A DNA stretch of 64,000 bases, taken from positions 62,001 to 126,000 of the forward strand of contig NIVC01001210.1 of assembly GCA_002269645.1 (NCBI GenBank). Direction: 5' to 3'. The notes below the pieces were generated by a model. It was not told the origin of the DNA. It was given only the letters and a program-made list of their open reading frames with translations, and did not search any database. Both the position numbers and the translations under genes were made by a program. Numbering within the stretch: position 1 is the stretch's first letter; every line of letters begins with the position of its first letter. This DNA comes from Macrostomum lignano (taxonomy: Eukaryota). This document shows, one piece after another, positions 1-11,765 of the stretch.

Positions 1-118
1 AACTGATCATTAAATACAAGCAATTGAGTCAGAATTTATCAATTCTATATTTAGAAAACTTGGAACTTTATGTTTATTCAGTGTTTATTTAGTTTAGCTC
101 TAAGTAAAAATACATATT

Positions 119-902
119 GGCTCATTCCATATAAGATGGACATATTTGGAAAATAGAAAAAAGTCAATATTTTTGCTTGCCATTGCCTAATTAGCCTATT
201 TTTTTACCAAATGTTTATATTCTGCAATATATACAATCTAAGAATAAAGGAATGGTAAAATGTTGGATTAGTATGTTATCAATTGGCAAAAAGTCATTTT
301 TGTAAAAATTTGGACATTTTTCGAAGCAAAAGACATCATTAAGATTTTGTACCTTTTAAAAACAAATAGAAAGCTTTTGAAGGTTGAAACAAACTATAGA
401 TAAAGTATAGTACTTGCATCATCAGATAAAAGCATTGGTGACCAAATAATCTATTATATTTTTAATGTATTAGTACCTCAAAGTTACTGAATTGACAGAA
501 AAAAATATGTTACGACCATAATGTTACGACCATAAGGCTGCCTTTTCTTTTGTATCTTTGTTGCCTTTTGAGTTTATATATTCTAATAAAAGAGTATGAT
601 TTCTAAAGATGTTCTTAGTCAAATTTAAAAATGTATTGCAAAATATCAAAAATGAAAAATGTTATAAGACTTTTACCTTTTAGTTCCTATATGTCAAAAA
701 TCCTGTCGTTACGACCATAAGTGTCATTTAAGGTTTAATAGCATCTATACTAATGATGATATCTATATGAAACTCTATAAATATATTCTAGACAAAATAG
801 TCTTTCATTTAAAATATTGGTTTAGTATATTCTATTATTAGATTTCATTTTATAAGTAAAAATAACCTGTCATGTTACGACCATGCTTATATGGAATGAG
901 CC
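119..902. mobile_element. Non-autonomous DNA transposon (MITE), about 784 bp, superfamily unassigned
   Basis: Perfect 17-bp terminal inverted repeat: GGCTCATTCCATATAAG (119-135) and CTTATATGGAATGAGCC (886-902). Both sides are flanked by TATT (115-118, 903-906), a possible 4-bp TSD. The motif GTTACGACCAT recurs internally (near 508, 522, 708, 874). The interior is AT-rich and non-coding. Confidence 0.7.
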
Positions 903-1004
903 TATTAGTTAATATTTAAAACTTTTTTTGACAAATTTTTTATCTTTACTTTTTAGCAGTTTAGACCCTGTTTAGCAGTTGCTACTAAATAGGAAACAAC
1001 TTTA

Positions 1005-1115
1005 GGCAATCTTCCTCTTTCGTTCGTTTAATTATTTCCGGAATTATTTCGCCCTCTATTCAAGGGTGGTGGGGGGTGGGGGTTGGAATTAAACGAACGA
1101 AAGAGGAAAATTGCC
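1005..1115. mobile_element. 111-bp MITE with 29-bp TIRs and 8-bp TSD (GG termini; Merlin- or Mutator-like)
   Basis: GGCAATCTTCCTCTTTCGTTCGTTTAATT (1005-1033) matches the reverse complement of 1087-1115 at 28/29 positions. The direct repeat CAACTTTA lies at 997-1004 and 1116-1123. Confidence 0.8.
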
Positions 1116-2618
1116 CAACTTTAATATTCTATATTATGTTTACATTATTTACTTTGTTTACTATACCTACTATAATATAAGATAAAAAATTAAAGACATT
1201 GACTAGGCCTATAGTAAAAATAAGGGTCAGATATGATGATCACAATTGTGATTACAATTTGTGAATTCATGACCATTTTTTTACAATTGTGATTTCCTTG
1301 AAACCCATTTATGAGGTATGTGAATTTCTGCTTAGGCCTACTTTTTATTTAAATTATAGCTTTTTATTTGATTTACTGAAATAAAAAGGTAAACACAAAT
1401 GTACAAAACAGTAATAAATTTTACATTTGTTGACTTGACAGCATTATTAAGTAGAGGCCTATCTATGAGTATTATCTAATATAAAATGATTTTTTTCTTG
1501 TTTTGTTATTTTTAGGGCCTATTTTCTATACTTTTAACTTACAAGCTTGTAAAACATGTATGCATAATAAATAAAAGAGAAAGAAAAGACTATTGACAAT
1601 TTAATATCATCTTTTATAATAGCAATTATAACATAGTGTCCATTTTGGCATGAATTTGGCAGGAATATAGGTCTAATTCAGATTTTGTATAAATATATAA
1701 ATATAAATTCACAATCAATCATGCCTAACTTTAAAAAATTAAAAAAAATTTCATGCCTAACCAAAATTTTCTGCTTGTCAAACCTCTAATAAAAATAAGA
1801 AAAATATATATTCTTGTGTTGTCCCTTTGACCCTTCATAGATCTTAAGTCTTAAGCTTGCCTTTTATGATTAGGCCCTATGAATATTATTGCAAATGTTT
1901 TTATTAATATTTATTATTAGTAATTAAATTTAAAGTTATATTATATTAGATATAAACTAGGATGAAAATTTTATACAAAATCCTAAATGCAAAAAACTTA
2001 CACATTTTGTATGCCCATTATTAGCAAATTCCTGCAGTTGCATACACTTTTTATAAAAAAATCATTTGTAAAAAGAAAGCTGGAAATTAGGATGAATTAT
2101 TTAAAAAGGGTTGTATTCCACTTGTGACATGTAAAAACTATTTTTGCATATAAGAGGCAATTGGCTTCGCAAAAAGGTCCTTATGAGCATATAAACCAAA
2201 AAGTAACAATAATGATGTTCAAAATTTTATTTATTTTTATAGCATTTATAGATAATAAATAGTCCCTATGCAATTTTATCAAAGACCTAGAATTAATATA
2301 AGTCAATTTTTATAAATAGTTTATTAAAACATTTAGCAATGTTTAGTAGACCTAATAGTAATCACTATTATTAAATAATATACTATCCATTTTGATTTTA
2401 TTGTTTATTTGAAATCAAATGATTTATATATACAACATTTGGTCTGATTTTGAAAAAAAACTACTATTGTAAAGCTTTATATAATCTTGATTGATAATTC
2501 TGTCTATAATTGTATATTATCCTCCTGTTTATCATAAAATTTCTATGATATCCTTATATTACTCTATTACCACACATCAAAGTAGCAAAAAATAATGCTC
2601 TAGAATAAGTCTCTAAAA

Positions 2619-2990
2619 GAGTAAGCCTCCCTACTCATCTGCACTCTTGAGAGTAAGCCTCCCTACTCATCTGCACTCTTGAGAGTAAGCCTTCCTACTC
2701 AACTGCATTCTTGAGAGTAAGCCTCCCTACTCATCTGCACTCTAGGAGTAAGCCTCCCTACTCAACTGCACTCTAGGAGTAAGCCTCCCTACTCAACTGC
2801 ACTCTTGAGAGTAAGCCTTCCTACTCATCTGCACTCTTGATAGTAAGCCTCTCTACTCATCTGCACTCTTGAGAGTAAGCCTCGCCACTCATCTGCACTC
2901 TTGAGAGTAAGCCTCCCTACTCAACTGTATTCTTGAGAGTAAGCCTCCCTACTCATCTGCACTCTTGAGAGTAAGCCTCTCTACTCAATT
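2619..2990 (+). repeat. 32-bp minisatellite, about 11.5 copies, immediately upstream of MEMO1
   Basis: Unit GAGTAAGCCTCCCTACTCATCTGCACTCTTGA; period seen directly (2619, 2651, ...). Confidence 0.95.
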
Positions 2991-3084
2991 CAAGCAGATA
3001 TAAAAAGAACACAAATAGCTGCACACAGATCAGTTTAGCTACACCAAAATACCAAAAACAATCTGCTCATTCGCACTTCAGAGC

Positions 3085-4453
3085 ATGGCATTGCGCAGGG
3101 CAACTCACGCAGGCAGCTGGTACACTGACCGGCCAGACCAGCTGGACCAGCAGCTCACCAGTTGGCTGGCCGCTGCCGGACCCCGCGTCGGCGCCGCTCG
3201 GGCCATCGTGTCACCCCATGCCGGCTACCAATACTGCGGAGCCGTGGCCGGCTACGCCTACAAGCAGATCGACCCCGGCTCTATCAGCCGGGTCATCCTG
3301 CTCGGGCCCAGTCATCATTTCTCGTTGCGCGGCTGCGGCTTGTCTACCGCCGCCGAGTTTCAGACGCCTCTGGGCAACCTGCGGGCGGATCAGGCCACCA
3401 CTGCTGAGCTGCGGGCTACTGGCCAGTTCGAGATGGTGAGGAAGAGTTGAAGGCCTCTGTTTACTTCTTTACCTATTGAATTGTCCTCAGTTGACCTGGT
3501 CTTGACCCAAATTTATCCTTAGTTGACCCAGTCTTGACCCAAATTTATCCTCAGTTGGCCTAGTCTTGACCCAGATTTACCCTCAATGTACCTAGTCTTG
3601 ACCCAAAATTATCCTCAGTTGGCCTAGTCTTGACCCAAACTTATCCTCAGTTGATTTGGTCTTGACCCAAACTTATCCTTGGTCTTGACCCAAACTTATC
3701 CTCAGTTGACCTGGTCTTGACCCAACTTATCCTCAGTTGACCTGGTCTTGATCCAAATTTATCCTTAGTTGACCTGGTCTCGAAGTTGTCGCCAATTGAC
3801 CTGTGGTTAGCCCTGTTTATCCTGCTCAAATCTGTACTCAACCGACCCTACTAAAACTGCCATGTTCACTTAGTTCTCGTAACTTGACCTCGTTTGACCA
3901 GATCTGACCTCTGACCCCCAAATCTCAGGTGTCGCTAAACCGCGACGAGGCCGAGCACAGCCTGGAGATGCAGCTGCCCTTCCTGCTGGCCGCTATGCGC
4001 CCGAAATCGCCTCGAGACTTTTCGATCGTGCCAATCATGGTCGGCGCCATCGACCCGTCGGTTGAGGCCGCCTACGGCGCCGTGCTGGCCCCCTATCTGA
4101 ACGACCCGGCCACTCTATTCGTGGTGTCGTCCGACTTCTGCCACTGGGGCCGGCGATTCGAATACACGCACTACGACAAATCCGCTGGCCGGATCTGGCA
4201 GAGCATCGAACGGCTGGACCGGCAGGGCATGGAGGCCATTGAGACCGGCCGGCCGGACAGGTTCACCCAGTACCTGCAGCAGACTGGCAATACCATTTGC
4301 GGCCGCCACCCCATTGGCGTCATGATGTGCGCCGCCGCTCGCCACGGCTCCGGCCGATTTCGATTTCTCAATTACGCCCAATCGTCCAAGTGCAACGATT
4401 TCTCCGATTCGTCTGTCAGCTACGCTGCCGGGGGCTTGTTTGTTAACGCCTAG
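3085..4453 (+). CDS. MEMO1: MEMO1 (mediator of ErbB2-driven cell motility 1), 2 exons, 291 aa
   Basis: Exon 1 is 3085-3435 (donor ATG|GTGAGG); exon 2 is 3929-4453 (acceptor CTCAG|GTG); phase 0. Family motifs: RRATHAGSWY, PHAGYQYCG, LGPSHH, EHSLEMQLP, SSDFCHWG, GNTICGRHPI, YAQS, SSVSYAAG. Confidence 0.95.
3480..3790 (+). repeat. Degenerate ~32-bp tandem array in the MEMO1 intron
   Basis: Unit approximately TGACCTGGTCTTGACCCAAATTTATCCTCAGT, about 9 copies. Confidence 0.85.
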
Positions 4454-6984
4454 GGGCTGGCTGACCTTAAATGACCTTTAACAATTACCTTAAATGACAT
4501 TTGGTAATAGAGACGACAGCTGATTTACCTTCAATGACCCTAGATAAACTGAGCGACCTTAAATGACCTTTAGCAGTAGAAACAACCTTAGTGACCTTAA
4601 ATGACCTTCGGCGAGTTAAATGAGCTTGACCTTAAAATAACCTTTAACAACCACTTTAAATGACCTTTGGTAATAGACGACAGCTGGTTTACCCCACAGA
4701 TACTAAAGTAACTAGGTGGGCCACTCAGGCATATATACTTAGTAAAATAGCTTTCTACTTTCAGCTCAGTAGCAAAGAAGAATACGTAAGCTTCTTACGT
4801 ATTTTATAAAAATAAAGGCAGCTGAAATGCCTTTGATAAGTTTAGAAGCCCAAGCTTGCAGGCGTAAACAACTTGCTAATTGGTTCAGCAATAATGTACA
4901 TTAGCCAGTCCACTGAAATGTACATAGCAGCCTTAGGCTGAAAGTTCGAGAAGGCAATAAAAATTGGGGCTGGCAGGGGTGGTAGTGTGGAAAGGCGCGT
5001 AAGAGCCAATAAATTGAACCTTGGCTTTAAAAATACATTAAAATGCCTCTGTTTAACTTACTACTGAACTGAAAGTAGCTTACACGCAAATGTAAGCTAC
5101 TTTCTATGTAGAAAGTAGTTCTATGTACTTGCTATGTAGAAATACCTTGCTAAGTGACCTTAAATGACCTTTGGCAGTCGAAACAACCTGTTGTTTAACC
5201 TTAAATAACCTTTAGCGAACTGAGTCACCTTAACTAAATTTGGTAAGGACAGTCAGCTGATTGGCCTTGAAAACTTAAAGTTAACAAAAGTTTGTTAAAA
5301 TGACCCTTCTTGACAAACTAATCCATCTTAATCTTTGGTGTTACAAAGAACCTGTTGGTTGACCTTGAATGACTTAAATGGCTTGATCGGTAATACTGAT
5401 AATCTAGCTGTGCTACTTTTATCAGTAGAGCAGGTAGATAAAGTTTGTTGAAAGTGTCTAAATACCATGCACCTGACTATTCAATTTAATCGTCGTTTTC
5501 GATTTTAATTATCTGCTTTTGCACAGTGTGTTTCTATTTATCGGAGCATGAGCTCAATTTATTTACCGTTGCACTGGTAGAATTCAGCCTAATAACTGCC
5601 TAACATAAGTAGTGCTACTTTTATCAGTAGTCAGTAACACGATGATATTGATGCTACTTACTGTTTTATATTGATGCCTTTATACCCGACTGTGTGTTTT
5701 TCTAGCACTGAGTAGCATCACCGCAGTTGCAATCTGATCCGAGTCAAGTAATAAAACCCCAAGAGCAGTGTTGAGCTTTCAGTGGAAAATATCTTTCAAT
5801 ATTAACTGCTTGTTCGTGATTTATTATTATTGTTGTCTGCTAAATAACAGTATGGTTTAATCTGAGTTGTTGTCAGTCTTTAAATAAACATTTATTAGGT
5901 AATTAAATGTGCGTTTCTATGACTAATCTTTCCATAAAACTGTTTTGAATGATTTTTTGTTGTTTTTAACGTTAATTTTCAAGTACTGGCAGTTCGCCAC
6001 TCGCTACTTAAAGTAGCCAATTGTAGTGCACGCGTAAATTTAAAACTAGACGCCGCGCTTGAACAATATAATTATTACTAAGCTTATCTTATCTTATCTT
6101 ATCAATTACCGATAGGTTTTGCTTGTTTACGACCTTCAATACGCTCAGCTCAGTAATGCTGTGTGTTACTCTTTTACTGGATTGGTAGGCTTCCTCATTT
6201 AACACCAAATTCTCTCAATATCTCACCTTCTAGACTTTTGAGAAGGCACCGTAAGACTGCTAGACTAGAATCCAATGCTTCTAGTATATCCGGAAAAGTT
6301 TCTTCTATAACATTTTTTCTGGACAAATTTATTCTTGACAGTGTTTATCTGTGGTGAAGCCTCATTAAACTTGACTTTCCTAGCGAGCTCTTTGTTTCAT
6401 TTACGTGAATACTTTTTCTTTGTGTGTGTCTTTACAGCTTTGTTGTCCATGTAGTTCTGTAACCGTTTAATGACCGATAATTTGTTTAATTTATTAATAT
6501 CCGCAAAGTGCAATTTTTGTCGAATAATATTCAGGATTACAATAAAACAGTGACGTCATGCATAGGCCCGAATGCAAAGTGAATGCGAAATTCTCTTGTT
6601 TATATATTTGTTATCAAGTGAAAATACATAGTAGCCATCATTACTGTATTTGTGTTTTTCTCAACTATTCAATTTAGTTTATAATTGTTATTAAATTTGT
6701 TAGTCGTTTTTTCGGATTAGTGCTCTTAGATGCCATTTACCAAGCGATTGCGTCATCATTTAAGGCCTCCAGTTCATTCATTTCATCAAGTCTCTATCTT
6801 GTTGAAGGTCCTTAAAGTGCCAAAGCTACTTGAGACTGATAATAAGCAAGAAATTTATGCGTCATAGTTGCTACAGGTTTTAATCAAAGTTTGATATTTT
6901 TGTATCTCAAACAAATTGCTTGATCTTCCGACCCAGAAAAGACTCGGAAAAAACTTTTTATGCAAAAATTCTGTCCTTGCCGGA

Positions 6985-7125
6985 CTTGCCGGACCAAATT
7001 GTCTGCAATCGCGGTAACTTGCCGGACCAAATTGTCTGCAATCGCGGTAACTTGCCGGACCAAATTGTCTGCAATCGCGGTAACTTGCCGGACCAAATTG
7101 TCTGCAATCGGTAACTTGCCAGACC
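6985..7125 (+). repeat. 33-bp tandem repeat, about 4 copies
   Basis: Unit GCCGGACCAAATTGTCTGCAATCGCGGTAACTT; explains the repetitive ORFs at 6855-7184. Confidence 0.9.
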
Positions 7126-8016
7126 AGTCGACTAGACATAGTCAGACGTTGGGTACCTCCCATGTCCATGACGAGGGTCTCTAATAAAACCTAGGGTTCA
7201 TTCAGGATTTCTCGATTAGGATCGCATGGATCGCTCAGGCCTTTTCCTGTTTGTTTGTCTTTCGTCATGATCGGATGATAATATACTGATGACGCCAGTC
7301 TCAGTCTGACATTCAATGATCTGCAGCTTGGCCATTGCTCTTTGGAAGTGTCCCGACCATTTCATAATCATGGACAATGAAGTAAAAGGACGTCGGCGCT
7401 TTTATTCGACTGATCCGGCAACAAGATACCGATTTCAGACGTGATGTAGTGCAGATTGACAGCTTATTCAAAGAGTATAGGTACCTTTTAGAAAGATGTA
7501 ACATCCGAAGCGTAGGTTTACTGTATTTCGACATGTTTTAACCTTAACCTATCTTAATTAGGTTGAACGTAGAAGATGAAAGGCTCTTATATCTTAGTTG
7601 CCTGTACTTTTGTGAACAGACCCTTGGAGAACCGGAAATCCGGTCAACTTCTCTTTGTCAAAAATAATTGAAAACCTCATTTTGCCTGCTGAGCCTTGCA
7701 GCTCTGTCTGCTTGTGCCCGAGTGTGTAAAAATGATGAGAAAATGGATGGAAATCGTTACTATATGAAGTCATTTAGCTTGATTAATAACACTCAGCGCT
7801 AAGAGATCGTGCACGTTGCAGTGTGTGAGCTGATTTTTCAAAGTACGAAGTATATTTATATATTTCGCAGCCGTTCACGATTCATGCTCAGTAACTTTCA
7901 GAAGCCCCTTCGAGTCCCGCGCTTCTCTCGCCACTGCAACAGGATTTATAGATTTGGAAAGCTTGGGAATCGAGTCTATTTTAGGGGCGAGTCAAAGAGT
8001 CGAACTCGGGATCTTC

Positions 8017-8373
8017 TCAGGCCAGGCCGCCGCCGACTGACGGGCGGGGAAGCCGCGTTCGCTTGCAGTCGGCCATCATGAACTGGTAGTCAATGCAGCA
8101 CCTGTTGAAGGTCGGCCGGTGGAACAGTTGGGCCGACGAGCGGTCCCGCTTCCAGGAGCACAGCAGGCAGTTGGTGTACTCCTGGGTGCTCTCGCAGTAG
8201 CCCTCGATCGCCAGGTCCTCGGCGTCGACGAAGTCCACGGCGTTCATAGCCGAGACAGCGGGCGTCCGCGCCAGCGCCAGAAGCAGCGCGCAAAGGCAAC
8301 AGTTGGCAAACAGAAAAGTGTTCTGCAAGAGTTTGTTCACCGATTTACTTGGTGAGATGAAAGGCCGAAACAT
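8017..8373 (-). CDS. Small secreted six-cysteine peptide (neurohormone-like) precursor, about 118 aa
   Basis: In-frame ATGs at 8373 and 8406; the track start at 8610 is a GTG. Hydrophobic signal-like segment FLFANCCLCALLLALARTPAVSA, then a mature region with C-x8-C-x2-C-x19-CC-x9-C and KR sites. Strongly GC3-biased codons. TGA stop at 8019-8017. Confidence 0.65.
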   Translation of the reverse strand: MFRPFISPSKSVNKLLQNTFLFANCCLCALLLALARTPAVSAMNAVDFVDAEDLAIEGYCESTQEYTNCLLCSWKRDRSSAQLFHRPTFNRCCIDYQFMMADCKRTRLPRPSVGGGLA

Positions 8374-10554
8374 TACAAAGATACTGCAAAGTCCGTGACT
8401 TACCATCGCTGCAGCTCGGACTCGCTGTTGATATTTGATTTTTTTCGGAATTATTTTTTCTCTACAACGCGCAACGGAAACTGCCTTGTCGAAGCGGCCC
8501 GATTTCGCCCTTTTTATGCCTTTTTTTACGGGGCCGAGCCGGAGTTGGCGTCTTCGCAATGGCTCGCGTTTTTCAAGCACTGCTCGGACAGCTTCTGATT
8601 GGCTGGCCACGCAATCTGCTAGTTTAGAGCTGTGCTTGCAACAAGTCTAGATGTGCAGTTGAAAGGATGCTAATGTTGAAGTTGCATGTCGCGAGACTCT
8701 CTGAGACTCAACACCTTGAAAAGACGTAATACCTACAAAACATAATAAAAAGCAAAATGCTTGAAAGTTCAGAAGGTTAAATAGTCGAACGCATTGCCGC
8801 TCGGCCATCTGAGCTAACTAATGTCAGCTGCTGCCAAGAGTACTGAACTAACAATAAGCTGTATTTTTGTAGAAACTAGACTTTTTGTTATAAATTTTCC
8901 AAGAAACGCTATACAAGCCGTACAAGTACACGCCTGTCTACTTGGTGAATGAGCCTCCGCCAATATCCTTGAACGATAGACTAGCAGTCCAATTCTAATT
9001 AGTCATTTCGTCTTGAATTAATTGCGCAAAGACAGAAGCAGTTCCCTCGGCAACTGCATGTAGGCGTAGGCATGGGAGACTGACTGAAGAGCCGCACCAT
9101 CGACCAAAACGTAAATTGGGCATCGTCTGGCCGACCGGAAGTGCTAACCGGAATTGTGACGTACTTGAACATCGGACACCTGCTTTCAAGTAGCCCAACC
9201 CTTGTTGTTGAGAAAACTATCAGAAAATTTGTCTCATACCCAAATTCCATAACTGCCTAATTCAACAAAGAATGCAGATTCTTCTTAATTGAAAGCAGCT
9301 TTATTTTTAGGTGTTTTTTTCTCAGAAAATATGCAATGTTCGGGAGGACACAGGCAGGGTTACCCGCCTACAGACTGCTCTGCGGTGATTAAAGACTCCT
9401 GCTGTCATTCGGTAACCTAGCCTGTAATTATCACCTGCAATAACAGTTATCATAATTATCACAAATGGAAAGCTGAAACGCTCAAAATACAGCTGCGTTT
9501 TCTAAAAAAAATGTTTTGCATAGATTTGCCTTTTGGATAGCGCTGACTGGGGTTTCGTCATCGACAAACTCAGTGGAAAAAGCTCCACGACAAAGCAATG
9601 GATTGAAGAGACGGTTTTCCGCGGTTTCCAGAAGCATTTCGTGGAAACACAGACTTGCTTTATTAGTAATTCTGTTGATCATATGACAGATGTTATGAAT
9701 TTACGCGTCCTTCTAGTTTAGTTGACATCAGGTTAATTATCTTCTAGTTTTCGGTTCTATGTTGCCGGGGGGCATACGTTCATAATACTGCTAATGAGTC
9801 CTCCACGTAATCTTCAAGTTCACAATTTGCAATTGTGTGCCACGGAAAACAGGAAAATACTCAATCAACGACTGTCATGACATCCGATTTTCTGATTCGC
9901 CTGTTTCAAATCAAGCATATTTTCAGCCAGCGAATTATGCTCGTATTTGTTTCGAATATTTTATTCTAATTTTAACAATATTTCATACCAAATTGCATAT
10001 TTTTATCAGAAATTCGGGGCAATATGAGAGGCAAAATGAGAGAGGTATGAAAATGATTTCTTCGAATATTACACGACTTGCAGGCTTTTATGAGTAGTTT
10101 GAATATTGTTATTATTATTTTTCCTCTTATTATTGTTATTAAATGCACACGCCACGAGGGTGCTGATATTTTATTATATTATTAAGGCAAACAAATTAAT
10201 ACAGCGCAAGAAAAAAAGAAAAAGTAAATTAATAAAAATGGTTTTCGACGAACGGTAGTCAAAATATAATCTCGTACGCAAACAGAGAATTCGAGAATCG
10301 ACTGACCTTATTTTTTCGGTACTCGAGGCAAGTTTCAGTTGAAGAGCCCCTTGTTCCATCCAGCCAGAGAAATTACGAGTACTGAGATCCTGGCCCAACG
10401 CCTTCGCCGACATGGTCTTACAACCAGCGCTGAGGCAATTTTGGCCATTCCGCTGGCTCCTGAGCACATGCAAGCGTGCCAATACTGTACGCAGGCACGC
10501 ACTCACACAGGGTGTACAGCGGCCCTGACTTTATAATCGTCAGGCACGTACACT

Positions 10555-11765
10555 CTCTTCCCCTCTCAATGTACATTGCCCATCCAGAGCATGCCCACTC
10601 TCTGCCCCTCTCAATGTACATTGCCCACCCAGAGCATGCCCACTCTCTGCCCCTCTCAATGTACATTGCCCACCCAGAGCATGCCCACTCTCTGCCCCTC
10701 TCAATGTACATTGCCCACCCAGAGCATGCCCACTCTCTGCCCCTGTCAATGTACATTGCCTATCCAGAGCATGCCCACTCTCTGCCCCTCTCAATGTACA
10801 TTGCCTATCCAGAGCATGCCCACTCTCTGCCCCTCTCAATGTACATTGCCTTATCCAGAGCATGCCCACTCTCTGCCCCTCTCAATGTACATTGCCCACC
10901 CAGAGCATGCCCACTCTCTGCCCCTCTCAATGTACATTGCCCATCCAGAGCATGCCCACTCTCTGCCCCTCTCAATGTACATTGCCTATCCAGAGCATGC
11001 CCACTCACTGCCCCTCTCAATGTACATTGCCTTATCCAGAGCATGCCCACTCTCTGCCCCTCTCAATGTACATTGCCTTATCCAGAGCATGCCCACTCTC
11101 TGCCCCTCTCAATGTACATTGCCCACCCAGAGCATGCCCACTCTCTGCCCCTCTCAATGTACATTGCCCACCCAGAGCATGCCCACTCTCTGCCCCTCTC
11201 AATGTACATTGCCCACCCAGAGCATGCCCACTCTCTGCCCCTCTCAATGTACATTGCCCACCCAGAGCATGCCCACTCTCTGCCCCTGTCAATGTACATT
11301 GCCTATCCAGAGCATGCCCACTCTCTGCCCCTCTCAATGTACATTGCCTATCCAGAGCATGCCCACTCACTGCCCCTCTCAATGTACATTGCCTTATCCA
11401 GAGCATGCCCACTCTCTGCCCCTCTCAATGTACATTGCCTTATCCAGAGCATGCCCACTCTCTGCCCCTCTCAATGTACATTGCCCACCCAGAGCATGCC
11501 CACTCTCTGCCCCTCTCAATGTACATTGCCCACCCAGAGCATGCCCACTCTCTGCCCCTCTCAATGTACATTGCCCATCCAGAGCATGCCCACTCTCTGC
11601 CCCTCTCAATGTACATTGCCTATCCAGAGCATGCCCACTCTCTGCCCCTGTCAATGTACATTGCCTATCCAGAGCATGCCCACTCACTGCCCCTGTCAAT
11701 GTACATTGCCTATCCAGAGCATGCCCACTCTCTGCCCCTGTCAATGTTAATTGACATTGCCCATC
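10555..11765 (+). repeat. 45/46-bp minisatellite, about 26 copies
   Basis: Unit CAGAGCATGCCCACTCTCTGCCCCTCTCAATGTACATTGCCCACC with CCTATC/CTTATC variants; generates the long repetitive ORFs in the track. Confidence 0.97.

Noticed and set aside
3085-4453. Bacterial/archaeal AmmeMemoRadiSam (AmmeMemo) gene or horizontal transfer
   Set aside because: The gene has a spliceosomal GT-AG intron, matches animal MEMO1 in length and motifs, and has no AMMECR1 or radical-SAM neighbours.
8407-8610. N-terminal 68-codon basic extension of the 197-aa track ORF
   Set aside because: It starts at GTG, which is not a normal eukaryotic start, and would bury the signal-like segment; the ATGs at 8406 and 8373 are preferred.
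9000-10480. Short ORFs between the peptide gene and the 45-bp array
   Set aside because: No motif or phase-consistent exon chain could be built; they may be UTR or intergenic.
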